This document shows positions 49,108 through 57,425 of a DNA stretch of 64,000 nt, piece after piece (position 1 is the stretch's first letter; every line of letters begins with the position of its first letter). Made by a program: the position numbers and the translations under genes. The notes under the pieces are model-generated. The model searched no databases and was not told where the DNA came from. It saw nothing but the letters and a program-made list of their open reading frames with translations. The DNA lies in the IMG/VR virus record IMGVR_UViG_2974749168_000001, positions 4,191 through 68,190 of that record. One strand, written 5' to 3'. Origin of the DNA: a virus. Taxonomy: Duplodnaviria > Caudoviricetes.

Positions 49108-49412
49108 GGCAGCAGAACCTCTTCCATGATCGAGATGACTCGCTCGGCGTTGATCCGGAGGATTTGCACGTGAGTGCTCCCCACGGAGTTGAGTCGTGCG
49201 TCTGCCTCCCGAGCATCGGGGTCGCGGATCGGCAGAAACGTGATGAAGTCGCGCACTCGGTCGTCGGCCTCCACGAGATAGCCGACGAACCGTCGAATCG
49301 GACCCTCGGTGCCCTGCTCGTACATCAGGGTCGAGAGCTTTTCGTCGACGTCGCCGTACTCCCCTCGAACGTACGCGAGGATGGCGGGGTCGACTCCGCG
49401 GTGAGTTGCCAT
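49104..49412 (-). CDS. Hypothetical protein (102 aa)
   Basis: Overlapping stop/start; coding-like composition. Confidence 0.65.
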   Translation of the reverse strand: MATHRGVDPAILAYVRGEYGDVDEKLSTLMYEQGTEGPIRRFVGYLVEADDRVRDFITFLPIRDPDAREADARLNSVGSTHVQILRINAERVISIMEEVLLP

Positions 49413-49422
49413 GGGAGGCCTT

Positions 49423-49599
49423 TCAGTTCATCCGTACAGGGGTGGGGTTGGTGCGACCGCAGTCGAGGCACTCCCGCTGGCCGAGCCGGACCACCCCGGC
49501 CGGTTGGCCGTTGTCGGTGGCCGGTCGGGTGACCCAGTCCTTCAGCCGGGTGCGGGTGTGCTTGCACCGCTTCGCGGCGCGGCGCTCGGCGCGGTTCAT
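49423..49599 (-). CDS. Small zinc-ribbon-like protein (58 aa)
   Basis: MNRAERRAAKRCKH...CLDCG. Confidence 0.6.
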   Translation of the reverse strand: MNRAERRAAKRCKHTRTRLKDWVTRPATDNGQPAGVVRLGQRECLDCGRTNPTPVRMN

Positions 49600-49904
49600 G
49601 CGGCTCGGTCGAACACGTGCCAGACGAAGATCCCGTCCCGCAGCGTGGCGATGTACTCGCCGACGTTGCCAAGCGGGTGCCCGGTGCCGCGGACGTGAAC
49701 CGTGCGCCGTTCGTGATGACCGGCGTGCAGCTCGACGATGGCCCACAGCTCGATGACATGCTCGTCAATGATCAGACTGTCGGCCTGGCGATGTCGGAGG
49801 AAGGCGTCTCCTCGGGGCAGCCAGCGGAGGAGCTTCGCGTTGTTGATCGCGACCTCGACCTCGTCTTCGATGGGGATCGTGAACTTCCAGATCGTCTGTG
49901 TCAC
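49596..49904 (-). CDS. Hypothetical protein (102 aa)
   Basis: TIWKFTIPI...LWAIVE...RTVHVRGTGHP...YIAT...VWHVF, a recurrent phage pattern. Confidence 0.7.
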   Translation of the reverse strand: MTQTIWKFTIPIEDEVEVAINNAKLLRWLPRGDAFLRHRQADSLIIDEHVIELWAIVELHAGHHERRTVHVRGTGHPLGNVGEYIATLRDGIFVWHVFDRAA

Positions 49905-50119
49905 TTGATGCGTCCTTCCTTGCGAAACCCGCTGGCGGGGCCGTGATGCGAGACCGATCCGTCGTCGCTCACACAGTGGATGTTGCCGTTCTGGTAGACC
50001 GAGGTGACCTTGCAAGCGGTCATCTTCGCGGTCACGTCCTCTCCCTCGACGAGCATGACCGGCCGGACGTAGTCCCCGGGTCGCAGGTTGTGGGTCTTCG
50101 CGGTCTTCGTCTTGCTCAT
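49901..50119 (-). CDS. Hypothetical protein (72 aa, SH3/KOW-like)
   Basis: LRPGDYV beta-barrel-like start; ATGA coupling. Confidence 0.65.
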   Translation of the reverse strand: MSKTKTAKTHNLRPGDYVRPVMLVEGEDVTAKMTACKVTSVYQNGNIHCVSDDGSVSHHGPASGFRKEGRIK

Positions 50120-50454
50120 TCGATGCCTTCCGCATCAGGGAGCAGCGCGATCGCTGCCCGGATCAGGTTGGCCAGCTCTTCGTGGCCCTCTCGGCGCAAT
50201 CCGTCGAGGTCGGAGGCGCGCTCGAAGTCGCCGAAACGGTAGTGCGTCGACCGATGGCTCACGGTGCCGTCCTTCAGCACCCGAGGTCCTTCGATGAACC
50301 AGTGGGTCCGGAATCGACCCCGGGGATCGAAGCGTCGCCCCCGGGTGACCCGCAGGGTTTCAGGAATCAGGGAAATCGCACGGGAGCCAACGAGTGGCTC
50401 CTGGTGTCCCTCAATCTCGAATCGGGCTTTGTACTCGATCGTCCGGAGGTTCAC
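50116..50454 (-). CDS. Hypothetical protein (112 aa)
   Basis: Coupled overlaps on both sides. Confidence 0.65.
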   Translation of the reverse strand: MNLRTIEYKARFEIEGHQEPLVGSRAISLIPETLRVTRGRRFDPRGRFRTHWFIEGPRVLKDGTVSHRSTHYRFGDFERASDLDGLRREGHEELANLIRAAIALLPDAEGIE

Positions 50455-52517
50455 GCTGCCTTCTCTCGTTTGATGGGGGTGAGCAGGGCCTTCGCGAAGT
50501 TGACCCCGCGCTGGCCGTCGATGAGGAGCTTGGTCAGGCGCTCCCGGTTGCCTGCGGTGAACGCGATGTTCTCCTCGACCGTGCCGATCGTGCGCAGGTA
50601 GTGGATCGTCACCTGGTGGATGCGCGAGACGCGGTGGATGCGGTCCTCGACCTGCTCTTGCTCGTCAGGAATCCAGGTCTCGTCGAGGAACACGAGATCG
50701 TCGGCCGCGTCGAGAGTGAGCGAGACGCCACCGGCCTGGGTGTTGAGCAGGAACACCCGCGGGCCACCCGGTTGCTGCCACCGGTCCTTGTTGGCCTTCC
50801 GCTGCGCCTGGGACACCTTGCCGGTGACCTTCAGGCACTCGATCCCGATCCGGTTCAGCTCGATCTCGAACATGTCGAGAATCGAGGTGAACTGGCTGGC
50901 CACAACCACCTTGCGCTCTTCTTCGTCGGGCTCGATCGAGCTGTGCTTGTTGATCCCGAGGGTGTCGAGGAAGTCGACCAACCAGTCGAACTTCGCCGAG
51001 GGCATCTTCGGCAAGAAGCGGTAGGCCTCCTCGCCGTCCTTCAGGTAGGTCTGGATGTCGCCGTGACAGATCGCGAACTGCTTCAGCCTGGTGAGCTCGG
51101 CCAGGAAGCTGTTGGCGACCAGGATGCCCGAGTCGAGCATGGTCTCAGCCTGTTCGGCGATCTCGTGGTAGGCCTTCGCCTGCTTCGGGCTCATCTCCAG
51201 CCAATGTCCGACCGGGCTGTTTTCGTCGATGATGCCGGTGTCCGGGTGCGGGAGCGGGGTCCCGGCGTAGAGCTTGTCCGGCAGCTCGGCGCGGACCTCC
51301 TTCTTCGTCCGACGCAGCATGATCGGCGCGATGTCCTCGTAGAAGAGCTTCGCCTTGGTCTCGTCCAGACCGGCGACCTCGACGTTGCCCCGCTTGCCCT
51401 CGCTGCTGCGGACATCGCCGAGCACGTGGAACCACTGCTGGAGCCAGGTGTAGTAGGCGTGGTACTTCTTCGGGTCGAGCCAGTTCAGAGTGCCCCAGAG
51501 GTTCTCCGGCTTCCCGCGGAACGGGGTGCCCGAGAGAGCGATCCTCATCCCGTTGTCGGCGACCTTGATCATGCCTGCCCCGGCGCGCACCTGGGTCTGG
51601 GACTGCGGGGTCGCGGAGTGACAGATCAGGCAGCGGTGGCTCTCGTCGACGACGAACGCCGACCACTCCCGCTCGTGGAGCTGCGGGTACTTGTGGTCCC
51701 ACCAGCCAGGCTCGTTGAACAGGCCCATCTTCCCGGTCCTCTTGTGCGGACGGCGAACCTGGGTCGGCTTGACCCACTCCGAGCGCATCATCTCCAGGTT
51801 GATGATGATCCAACGGCGGCGGTTGGTCGGCGCCGGTCCGAGGTCGTCGAGGATCTTCTTGCGCTTCGGGCCGGTGCCCATCACGGGAATGCACTCCTCG
51901 CTGGGAGCCCAGAGCGCGAGTTCGTCCGGCCAGGTCGTCGCGACGGCGATCGACGGCGCCGCGACGAGAATGTCGCCGGTGAGCTGCGCCTCGGCCATCG
52001 CTCCGATGGTCTGGAGCGTCTTACCCAGGCCCGGGTGGTCGGCGAGCAGCGCGTACCGGGTGTGGGTAAGGAACGCGATCCCCGCTCGCTGGTACGCATG
52101 TACCACCCGTGAAATAGCAGGTAGATCGCTATGGAAGTGCTCCGACAGCACCGCGTCGCTGCTCGCGCTGGAGAAGTTCTCGATCGCGCCGAGCCGGTCG
52201 ATCTCGTCCAGCGCCCACTCGTTGAGGCCTTCGGAGATCGACAGCCGCTCACCGAACGTCTGGCGCAGCGCCTTGCAGTTGGTCAGGGTCAGCGGGAGCG
52301 AGCCCCCTCCGGCCGCGAGCTTCGTGCCGCCGAGATCCTTCAGCCGCTCCTTCATGACCTCGCGCTCGGTGGCGCGCATCCCGGTCGGCCACCAGACCTC
52401 GATCGAGGTCGGCGAGCTGTCGTCGTCGGCTAGCTCAGCCCACAGCTCTCCAGCTCGGAGGGCTTCGATCCGTTCGAGGACGGAAGGATTGTCGGATTCG
52501 AGCTCGATGGCTCCCAT
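50451..52517 (-). CDS. SNF2-like (SF2) DNA helicase
   Basis: LLADHPGLGKT, VVDESHR, ALSGTP, VVASQF, GGVSLTL, EQVEDRIHR; exact start uncertain. Confidence 0.92.
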   Translation of the reverse strand: MGAIELESDNPSVLERIEALRAGELWAELADDDSSPTSIEVWWPTGMRATEREVMKERLKDLGGTKLAAGGGSLPLTLTNCKALRQTFGERLSISEGLNEWALDEIDRLGAIENFSSASSDAVLSEHFHSDLPAISRVVHAYQRAGIAFLTHTRYALLADHPGLGKTLQTIGAMAEAQLTGDILVAAPSIAVATTWPDELALWAPSEECIPVMGTGPKRKKILDDLGPAPTNRRRWIIINLEMMRSEWVKPTQVRRPHKRTGKMGLFNEPGWWDHKYPQLHEREWSAFVVDESHRCLICHSATPQSQTQVRAGAGMIKVADNGMRIALSGTPFRGKPENLWGTLNWLDPKKYHAYYTWLQQWFHVLGDVRSSEGKRGNVEVAGLDETKAKLFYEDIAPIMLRRTKKEVRAELPDKLYAGTPLPHPDTGIIDENSPVGHWLEMSPKQAKAYHEIAEQAETMLDSGILVANSFLAELTRLKQFAICHGDIQTYLKDGEEAYRFLPKMPSAKFDWLVDFLDTLGINKHSSIEPDEEERKVVVASQFTSILDMFEIELNRIGIECLKVTGKVSQAQRKANKDRWQQPGGPRVFLLNTQAGGVSLTLDAADDLVFLDETWIPDEQEQVEDRIHRVSRIHQVTIHYLRTIGTVEENIAFTAGNRERLTKLLIDGQRGVNFAKALLTPIKREKAA

Positions 52518-53005
52518 GGAATGCGTCCCCCGGATTTGATCTGGTCGGTCAACGTGTTGAGCTTGGTGATGTACTGCCGCTTGGCTTCTCGGCCGGTGAA
52601 GGTGACCCCGGCCCAGGTGCCGCAGAGCCGCCCGGCCGAACCCTGGTGTCGAGCGATGGCTTGCGCGGCGCCGAGCGCGTCTCGCGAGCATATGTCGAGG
52701 AACCGACACTCCTCGATGCACGCTCGGCGTGTCGTGCGTGCGGGGGTGACCGGCGGGACCCCGAACGGGTCGTCTTCGTCGTCGGGGATGTAGTCTTCGG
52801 TCTGGAGGTCGCACGGTTTGGGCTCGTTGCGCCAGTGCCGGAAGCGATCCGGGAGGTCGGGGACCTCGAACTCCATGGCCGGATTGGCATCCACGTTGTA
52901 GACCGCGAAGATCTTCGGGTCGATCTCGGCCAGCGAGCGAGCGATGCGGCGCCCGGTCACCGACAGAGACTCGATGCGAGACGCCCGGGTCCGTCCGATG
53001 GTCAC
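52430..53005 (-). CDS. Divergent WhiB-like protein
   Basis: PCD...RACIEECRFLDICSRDAL...GTWAGV. Confidence 0.6.
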   Translation of the reverse strand: MTIGRTRASRIESLSVTGRRIARSLAEIDPKIFAVYNVDANPAMEFEVPDLPDRFRHWRNEPKPCDLQTEDYIPDDEDDPFGVPPVTPARTTRRACIEECRFLDICSRDALGAAQAIARHQGSAGRLCGTWAGVTFTGREAKRQYITKLNTLTDQIKSGGRIPWEPSSSNPTILPSSNGSKPSELESCGLS

Positions 53006-53187
53006 GAATTGTCACCGAGCTCGATCGGGGACTGGTCCCGAACGACTCTCGGCTCGCTGCGCACGCTCTCGCTGTGGATGGGTCGGCCGTACTCCGCGTA
53101 ACGGTCGATGGCCTCGGCCTCGGTGGAGGCCTGGACGGCGTAGGTGGTCGTGGTCGACTGGTCGATCTCGACGAGGAACTCCTGCAC
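53002..53187 (-). CDS. Hypothetical protein (61 aa)
   Basis: AGGAGA RBS; YAVQASTEAEAI. Confidence 0.7.
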   Translation of the reverse strand: MQEFLVEIDQSTTTTYAVQASTEAEAIDRYAEYGRPIHSESVRSEPRVVRDQSPIELGDNS

Positions 53188-53227
53188 GGGTGTCTCCTGG
53201 TAGTGGGTAGTGAGGCGAACGAAGGTC

Positions 53228-53256
53228 AGCCTAGTCGGTTGACGTCAATTGGTCAA
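53228..53256 (-). promoter_or_regulatory. Promoter TTGACC-N17-TAGGCT with TTGACGTCAA in the spacer
   Basis: Read directly. Confidence 0.72.
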
Positions 53257-53264
53257 GTGCCTGG

Positions 53265-53390
53265 TCAGAGGTGGTAGAAGTGGTTCGGGCTGACGAGGTA
53301 GTAGATCGACGGAATCCACATCAGCATCCAGCCGAAGAGCAGATGCAGCGTCAGCGAGTGGCCGGTCTGCACGCGCGTGTAGTTACTCAT
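53265..53390 (-). CDS. 41-aa membrane peptide (not in the ORF track)
   Basis: Hand translation MSNYTRVQTGHSLTLHLLFGWMLMWIPSIYYLVSPNHFYHL; GGAGG RBS; ATGA coupling. Confidence 0.75.
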   Translation of the reverse strand: MSNYTRVQTGHSLTLHLLFGWMLMWIPSIYYLVSPNHFYHL

Positions 53391-53857
53391 CGCGGGACCT
53401 CCGACTGGGTTCCGTGATTCTGGTTGTCGACGGTCCGGTCATCGTTGTCGAAGATCTGATCCAGAATCACGTCCAGGCCGTAGATCGTGACGAGGTCGTA
53501 GTGCCGGAACGAGTATTCCTCGACCGCACCGGCACCGACGTTGATGTGGACCTCCCCTCCATCGAACGAGATCTGGCGCAGCTCAGCGACCACGATCTTC
53601 ATCGACATCCCGTCGTCGCCGAAGCGCTTCGGGAAGCGGACGTACCGGCCGATGTCGCGCGCCATCAGCTCGCAGGCGTAGACCTGGATGCAGTTGTCAC
53701 CGAGCGACCGAGCGGGCTCCTGGCGCGCGACCCATCCACCCTGGCTTGTCGTCGCCGCGGCGATCGTGATCGTGTCGTCGGCCTTGTCGAGGTTGTCCAT
53801 CGCGTTGAGCTGGTACGCCATCCGGTCCTGGTCGGCGATCTTCTTCTTGGTGGCCAT
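53387..53857 (-). CDS. Hypothetical protein (156 aa)
   Basis: GGAG RBS; typical codon usage. Confidence 0.7.
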   Translation of the reverse strand: MATKKKIADQDRMAYQLNAMDNLDKADDTITIAAATTSQGGWVARQEPARSLGDNCIQVYACELMARDIGRYVRFPKRFGDDGMSMKIVVAELRQISFDGGEVHINVGAGAVEEYSFRHYDLVTIYGLDVILDQIFDNDDRTVDNQNHGTQSEVPR

Positions 53858-53860
53858 TGG

Positions 53861-54334
53861 TTATTTCTCCAATTCGGAGTCGTAGCTAGGGATTTCACTG
53901 TCGGGGATGTAACGAACTGACTCCCCGATGGGCTGGGGGAGGAGGCGAAAGAGGGTCCCGGAGGTCGTAGAGACCTTCTCCAACAGGCCGATTTTCACCA
54001 GAGCGGTGAGTCGGCTGTACGCGGCAGACTCATTTAGGCCTAATATCGTCGCGGCTCCCTTGGCGGTCACTTCTTCGCCGGAGGTCGATTCGACCATCGA
54101 GTAGGTAGCGAACTGAACATCGGTTAGGGCCTGGAGGTCCCTTCCCAGGTCATCGGTGAGACCAGTAATGAGGGGCCTCCTCTGCGACTTCGTTGCCGAT
54201 CTCCTATATGGCCGATCGCGCATGGGCTCCTGCGACTGCTCCGAAGGGGGCTGCGACGACGGCCATTTCGAGAGGAAGTCCGCGATTTCAGCGGGGGTGC
54301 CGTTCAGGGACACGCCTCGGTAGACCGCTCTCAT
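53861..54334 (-). CDS. Winged-helix HTH DNA-binding protein, atypical codon usage
   Basis: VTAKGAATILGLNESAAYSRLTALVKIGLLEKV. Confidence 0.65.
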   Translation of the reverse strand: MRAVYRGVSLNGTPAEIADFLSKWPSSQPPSEQSQEPMRDRPYRRSATKSQRRPLITGLTDDLGRDLQALTDVQFATYSMVESTSGEEVTAKGAATILGLNESAAYSRLTALVKIGLLEKVSTTSGTLFRLLPQPIGESVRYIPDSEIPSYDSELEK

Positions 54335-55299
54335 CAGCCGATCTTCTTGATGCGGCAGACGGCGACGGAACGGAAGCCGCCGCCGACCTGGAGGAAGTGC
54401 AGGATGCGGAGGTCTTCTCCGTGCTCCTCGGGGTCGAACTCCGCGGGGGTGATGTGCGGCGGGTACTTGCCCCCGTCACCATCGACGATCGCGCGGTCGA
54501 GCGCGCCGGACAGAGCGTTGAGCCAGACGACCTCGACGCGGTTGTTCGACTTCCGGTTGACCCCGAGCTTGGTCAGGATCTCCGCGGAGGTGAGCGGGGA
54601 CGCGACGCCGGACCAGTTGCGGCTCGGATTGGCCTGCTGGCTGCGCACCGCAGCGTAGGTGTCCTGCTGGCTCCAGAGCGCGTTCGGCTGGTCAGCGGGG
54701 CGAGCGCGTTCCGCGGCGTCCTTGTGCGCGATCGCTTCGGCGGCGATGTCGAACTCGTCGACCTCGGGCACCATGCCGACGTGCTCCATGACCGTCTTCT
54801 CGGTGGGCGGCACTTCGTCGTCGCTATGGGCGGCACTCTCGTCGTCGGTGTCCGGATGGGCGGCACTGGTGGGCGGCACGTCCTGGTGGGCGGCACTATG
54901 GGCGGCACTGGTGGGCGGCACTGGCGCCTGGTCGGCGTCCACCGGCCCGGGGTCGGGCTGGTCGTCCTCGGGCTGCCGCGCCTCGGGGCCGAGGACGTGG
55001 AAGTCGTTCTCGATCTGCTCGCGCACGTCGCCGCTCTCGGTGTCCAGCACCTTCGTGGCGCCGCTGGGGTCGGTGTAGGTGACCTGGTCGTTCTCGGCGT
55101 CGGGGTCGACGGCGTAGAAGGCCTTCAGCTCCTCCCGGTCTCCAATCTCGTTGATCTCGCGCCGCAGCGTGACGAAGGCGAACTTCTTGTTGACCTTCGG
55201 GTGCCCCTTGGCCGGGGTCCAGTCGTACTTCTGCGCGTGCGCGGTGATCTGATTGGCCAGATCGAAGGCGTCCTGCTGGGCCTCGCTCAGTTCAGCCAT
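54334..55299 (-). CDS. Hypothetical protein (321 aa) with internal VPPT/SAAH repeats
   Basis: AAGGAG RBS; TGATG coupling; typical codon usage. Confidence 0.8.
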   Translation of the reverse strand: MAELSEAQQDAFDLANQITAHAQKYDWTPAKGHPKVNKKFAFVTLRREINEIGDREELKAFYAVDPDAENDQVTYTDPSGATKVLDTESGDVREQIENDFHVLGPEARQPEDDQPDPGPVDADQAPVPPTSAAHSAAHQDVPPTSAAHPDTDDESAAHSDDEVPPTEKTVMEHVGMVPEVDEFDIAAEAIAHKDAAERARPADQPNALWSQQDTYAAVRSQQANPSRNWSGVASPLTSAEILTKLGVNRKSNNRVEVVWLNALSGALDRAIVDGDGGKYPPHITPAEFDPEEHGEDLRILHFLQVGGGFRSVAVCRIKKIG

Positions 55300-55304
55300 G
55301 GTTC

Positions 55305-55345
55305 TCCTTAAATAATGTTGTTACTCAATAATATTCATTATTAAT
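55305..55345. promoter_or_regulatory. AT-rich divergent promoter block
   Basis: TTAAATAATGTTGTTACTCAATAATATTCATTATTAAT upstream of gene 55299. Confidence 0.6.
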
Positions 55346-55385
55346 CAGCGGATTTCTCGCGTACTCGCTGTACTCGGGTACCGGC

Positions 55386-55448
55386 GGGTCGGGGCGGGCT
55401 CGCGGGGCTCGGCCGCGGGGTCGGGTGCCACGGGGTCGGGTCGCGGGG
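55386..55448 (+). repeat. G-tract array (nine G3-G4 runs; CGGGGTCGGG repeated)
   Basis: Read directly. Confidence 0.7.
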
Positions 55449-55460
55449 TGGTCGCGCGCG

Positions 55461-55518
55461 TCGAACGTGCGTTCGACCGGGGTGGGTCGAACACTTGTTC
55501 GATCGAACCTCTGTTCGA
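55461..55518. promoter_or_regulatory. Three perfect LexA (SOS) boxes TCGAAC-N4-GTTCGA
   Basis: 55461-55476, 55487-55502, 55503-55518; match the actinobacterial LexA consensus. Confidence 0.75.
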
Positions 55519-55807
55519 TTGGGTCCCGATTCTGTCCGGCCGGTTGCCCGTTCGCGCTGTGCCGCGCGATCGCCGTATCGGGTCCCCGTTGGCGCGCTTA
55601 CCCTGGCGCCGTCGGTGCGCGTAGCTCTCGCGCTTCCCGTGTCCGCTGTGCTGTTTTCAATGGTCCCGCTGCGCCGTCCGGCGCGATACGACAACTGTAC
55701 CTGTTACCGGGCAACCGTCGCAACTCCCGGCCGTGTGGCCGTGTCGCGCTGCTCTCGTGTGCTGCTCATGAGACCACCGTACACACGTGCGCCGGTTGTC
55801 GCCAATC

Positions 55808-55837
55808 TTGCCAAGTACGGCCGTCGTCGCTTACTGT
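55808..55837 (+). promoter_or_regulatory. Promoter TTGCCA-N18-TACTGT upstream of the island
   Basis: Read directly; about 40 nt before the first island gene. Confidence 0.6.
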
Positions 55838-55878
55838 ATCCCCACCGGCCGCACACGGCGACCGGATGAGAGGACACT

Positions 55879-56682
55879 ATGACACTCACGCTCACCCCGC
55901 TCACCGGCGCCGACGCGCAGCGTTTCGACGGCGCGCAGTTCGACGACGCGACCGTCTACCGGATCGCCGATACCCGCGTGTCCGGTGTCGTCACCGCGCG
56001 CCGGGTCCTGTCGGGCAACGGTGCGCCGACCCACCGGGCGATTGACCCGACAACTGGCCGTGACGCCGATTCTGATACCCCGATCGCGCTCTATCCGTCG
56101 CTGTGGCTCACGTTCGGCGCGCAGGTGCGGGGGACCTATCTGAACACTCACGACACCGAAGAGATGTATCCCGAACCGTTCACCGTCAACGGCCGCGCGT
56201 ATCACCGGGTGACGGTGCGCGTCGACTTCCATCCGGTCGGTGTCGCCGGTCTCGACGTCAATTACACGTCACCCCAATCGGTCTCGCAATGGAACAGGTA
56301 CCCGGTCGAGACCGCGCGAGAGCGTGCCCGGGATCTCGCCGACGGCGTCGGGGGTGTCCTGTTTGTCGAGAGCGTGCCCGGGACCCACGGTGAGCGCTCG
56401 CACGGCGTCTACGTCGCCGACGTCTCGCAGTTCGACCGCGGCGAGATGACGCAGGCCGGTCGCCGCACGACCGAAAGGATCGCCGTCGAGATCTTGCGTG
56501 CGCAGATCGACACCGGTGTCGAGACCGATTGGCTCGACGACGTCGCCGCGCATGTCAATGCGCAGATCGCAGCGGCCGACGAGATCGCGCACCGATGGAA
56601 CGTCGAGAGCGCGAGGCTTCAGAACGTGCGCGTTGCTGCGCGCACCGAAGCGGTTTGCGGTCACGCCGTGGTGATCCGATGA
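55879..56682 (+). CDS. Island hypothetical protein (267 aa, no Lys)
   Basis: GAGAGGA RBS; long ORF; ATGA coupling to the next gene. Confidence 0.8.
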   Translation: MTLTLTPLTGADAQRFDGAQFDDATVYRIADTRVSGVVTARRVLSGNGAPTHRAIDPTTGRDADSDTPIALYPSLWLTFGAQVRGTYLNTHDTEEMYPEPFTVNGRAYHRVTVRVDFHPVGVAGLDVNYTSPQSVSQWNRYPVETARERARDLADGVGGVLFVESVPGTHGERSHGVYVADVSQFDRGEMTQAGRRTTERIAVEILRAQIDTGVETDWLDDVAAHVNAQIAAADEIAHRWNVESARLQNVRVAARTEAVCGHAVVIR

Positions 56683-57074
56683 CACTCACCCTCGACACGC
56701 GCGTCGCTACCGGCGCGCTCGCGATTGACGTTGAGAGCGTCGGCGAGACCGTCGCGACGCTCACCGCGGCCGGGTATGTCTGGCAAGTGATCGCCGACGC
56801 CGACGACACCGGCGCCGACCGGGTGCGCGTCGTGTGCCACGGTCGCCGGATCTCGCGACTGTTCGACCGGTGGCAGTACCCGCGGGCCGACGTGTGGTCG
56901 GCCGTCGCCGTCGCCGGTGTCCGCACGCTCACCGGCGCACAGCGGGTGACGCTCACCCTCGCCCCGGCCGGACCCGGCGCCGTATCGTTCCGCGGCCGAC
57001 GGCCGCTTCCCGACGCCGAACGTCACGCCGTCGAGAGCGCAGCGCGGCACTACGCCGTCACTGATCTCGACTAA
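56679..57074 (+). CDS. Island hypothetical protein (131 aa, no Lys)
   Basis: ATGA overlap; MTLTL N-terminus like its neighbours. Confidence 0.7.
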   Translation: MTLTLDTRVATGALAIDVESVGETVATLTAAGYVWQVIADADDTGADRVRVVCHGRRISRLFDRWQYPRADVWSAVAVAGVRTLTGAQRVTLTLAPAGPGAVSFRGRRPLPDAERHAVESAARHYAVTDLD

Positions 57075-57110
57075 CCGCTCACTCCCCTACTGACAGAACA
57101 GGATCGGACC

Positions 57111-57407
57111 ATGACTGTTACCCAACTCCCCAACGGCGCATACGCCGGGATCGACGACGACGACCGCGCGGCGCGGATCGCCTACCTCGGACGGCCGCGC
57201 CGACCGGGGGACCCCGGCGACCACTACCGGACACCCCGCGGATACGCGCGCTGCTACCGGTGCGAGAACAGCGCGACGACACACGTTCGGATGGCGATTA
57301 GCTCACTCACGCCGGTGTGTTTCCAACACCTGGACATGCTCGACGTCGAGCGGGACCCCTACGGGACCACGGTCGAGCGCGTACAACCGACCACCGAAAA
57401 CAACTGA
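57111..57407 (+). CDS. Island hypothetical protein (98 aa, CxxC...CxxH, no Lys)
   Basis: CAGGA RBS; CYRC...CFQH. Confidence 0.7.
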   Translation: MTVTQLPNGAYAGIDDDDRAARIAYLGRPRRPGDPGDHYRTPRGYARCYRCENSATTHVRMAISSLTPVCFQHLDMLDVERDPYGTTVERVQPTTENN

Positions 57408-57425
57408 GAGACAGGACACCCCACC

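Noticed and set aside
55520-55860. tRNA or known ncRNA in the long intergenic gap
   Set aside because: No cloverleaf, T-loop or recognisable RNA family by eye; an Infernal/tRNAscan search would be needed to exclude it fully.
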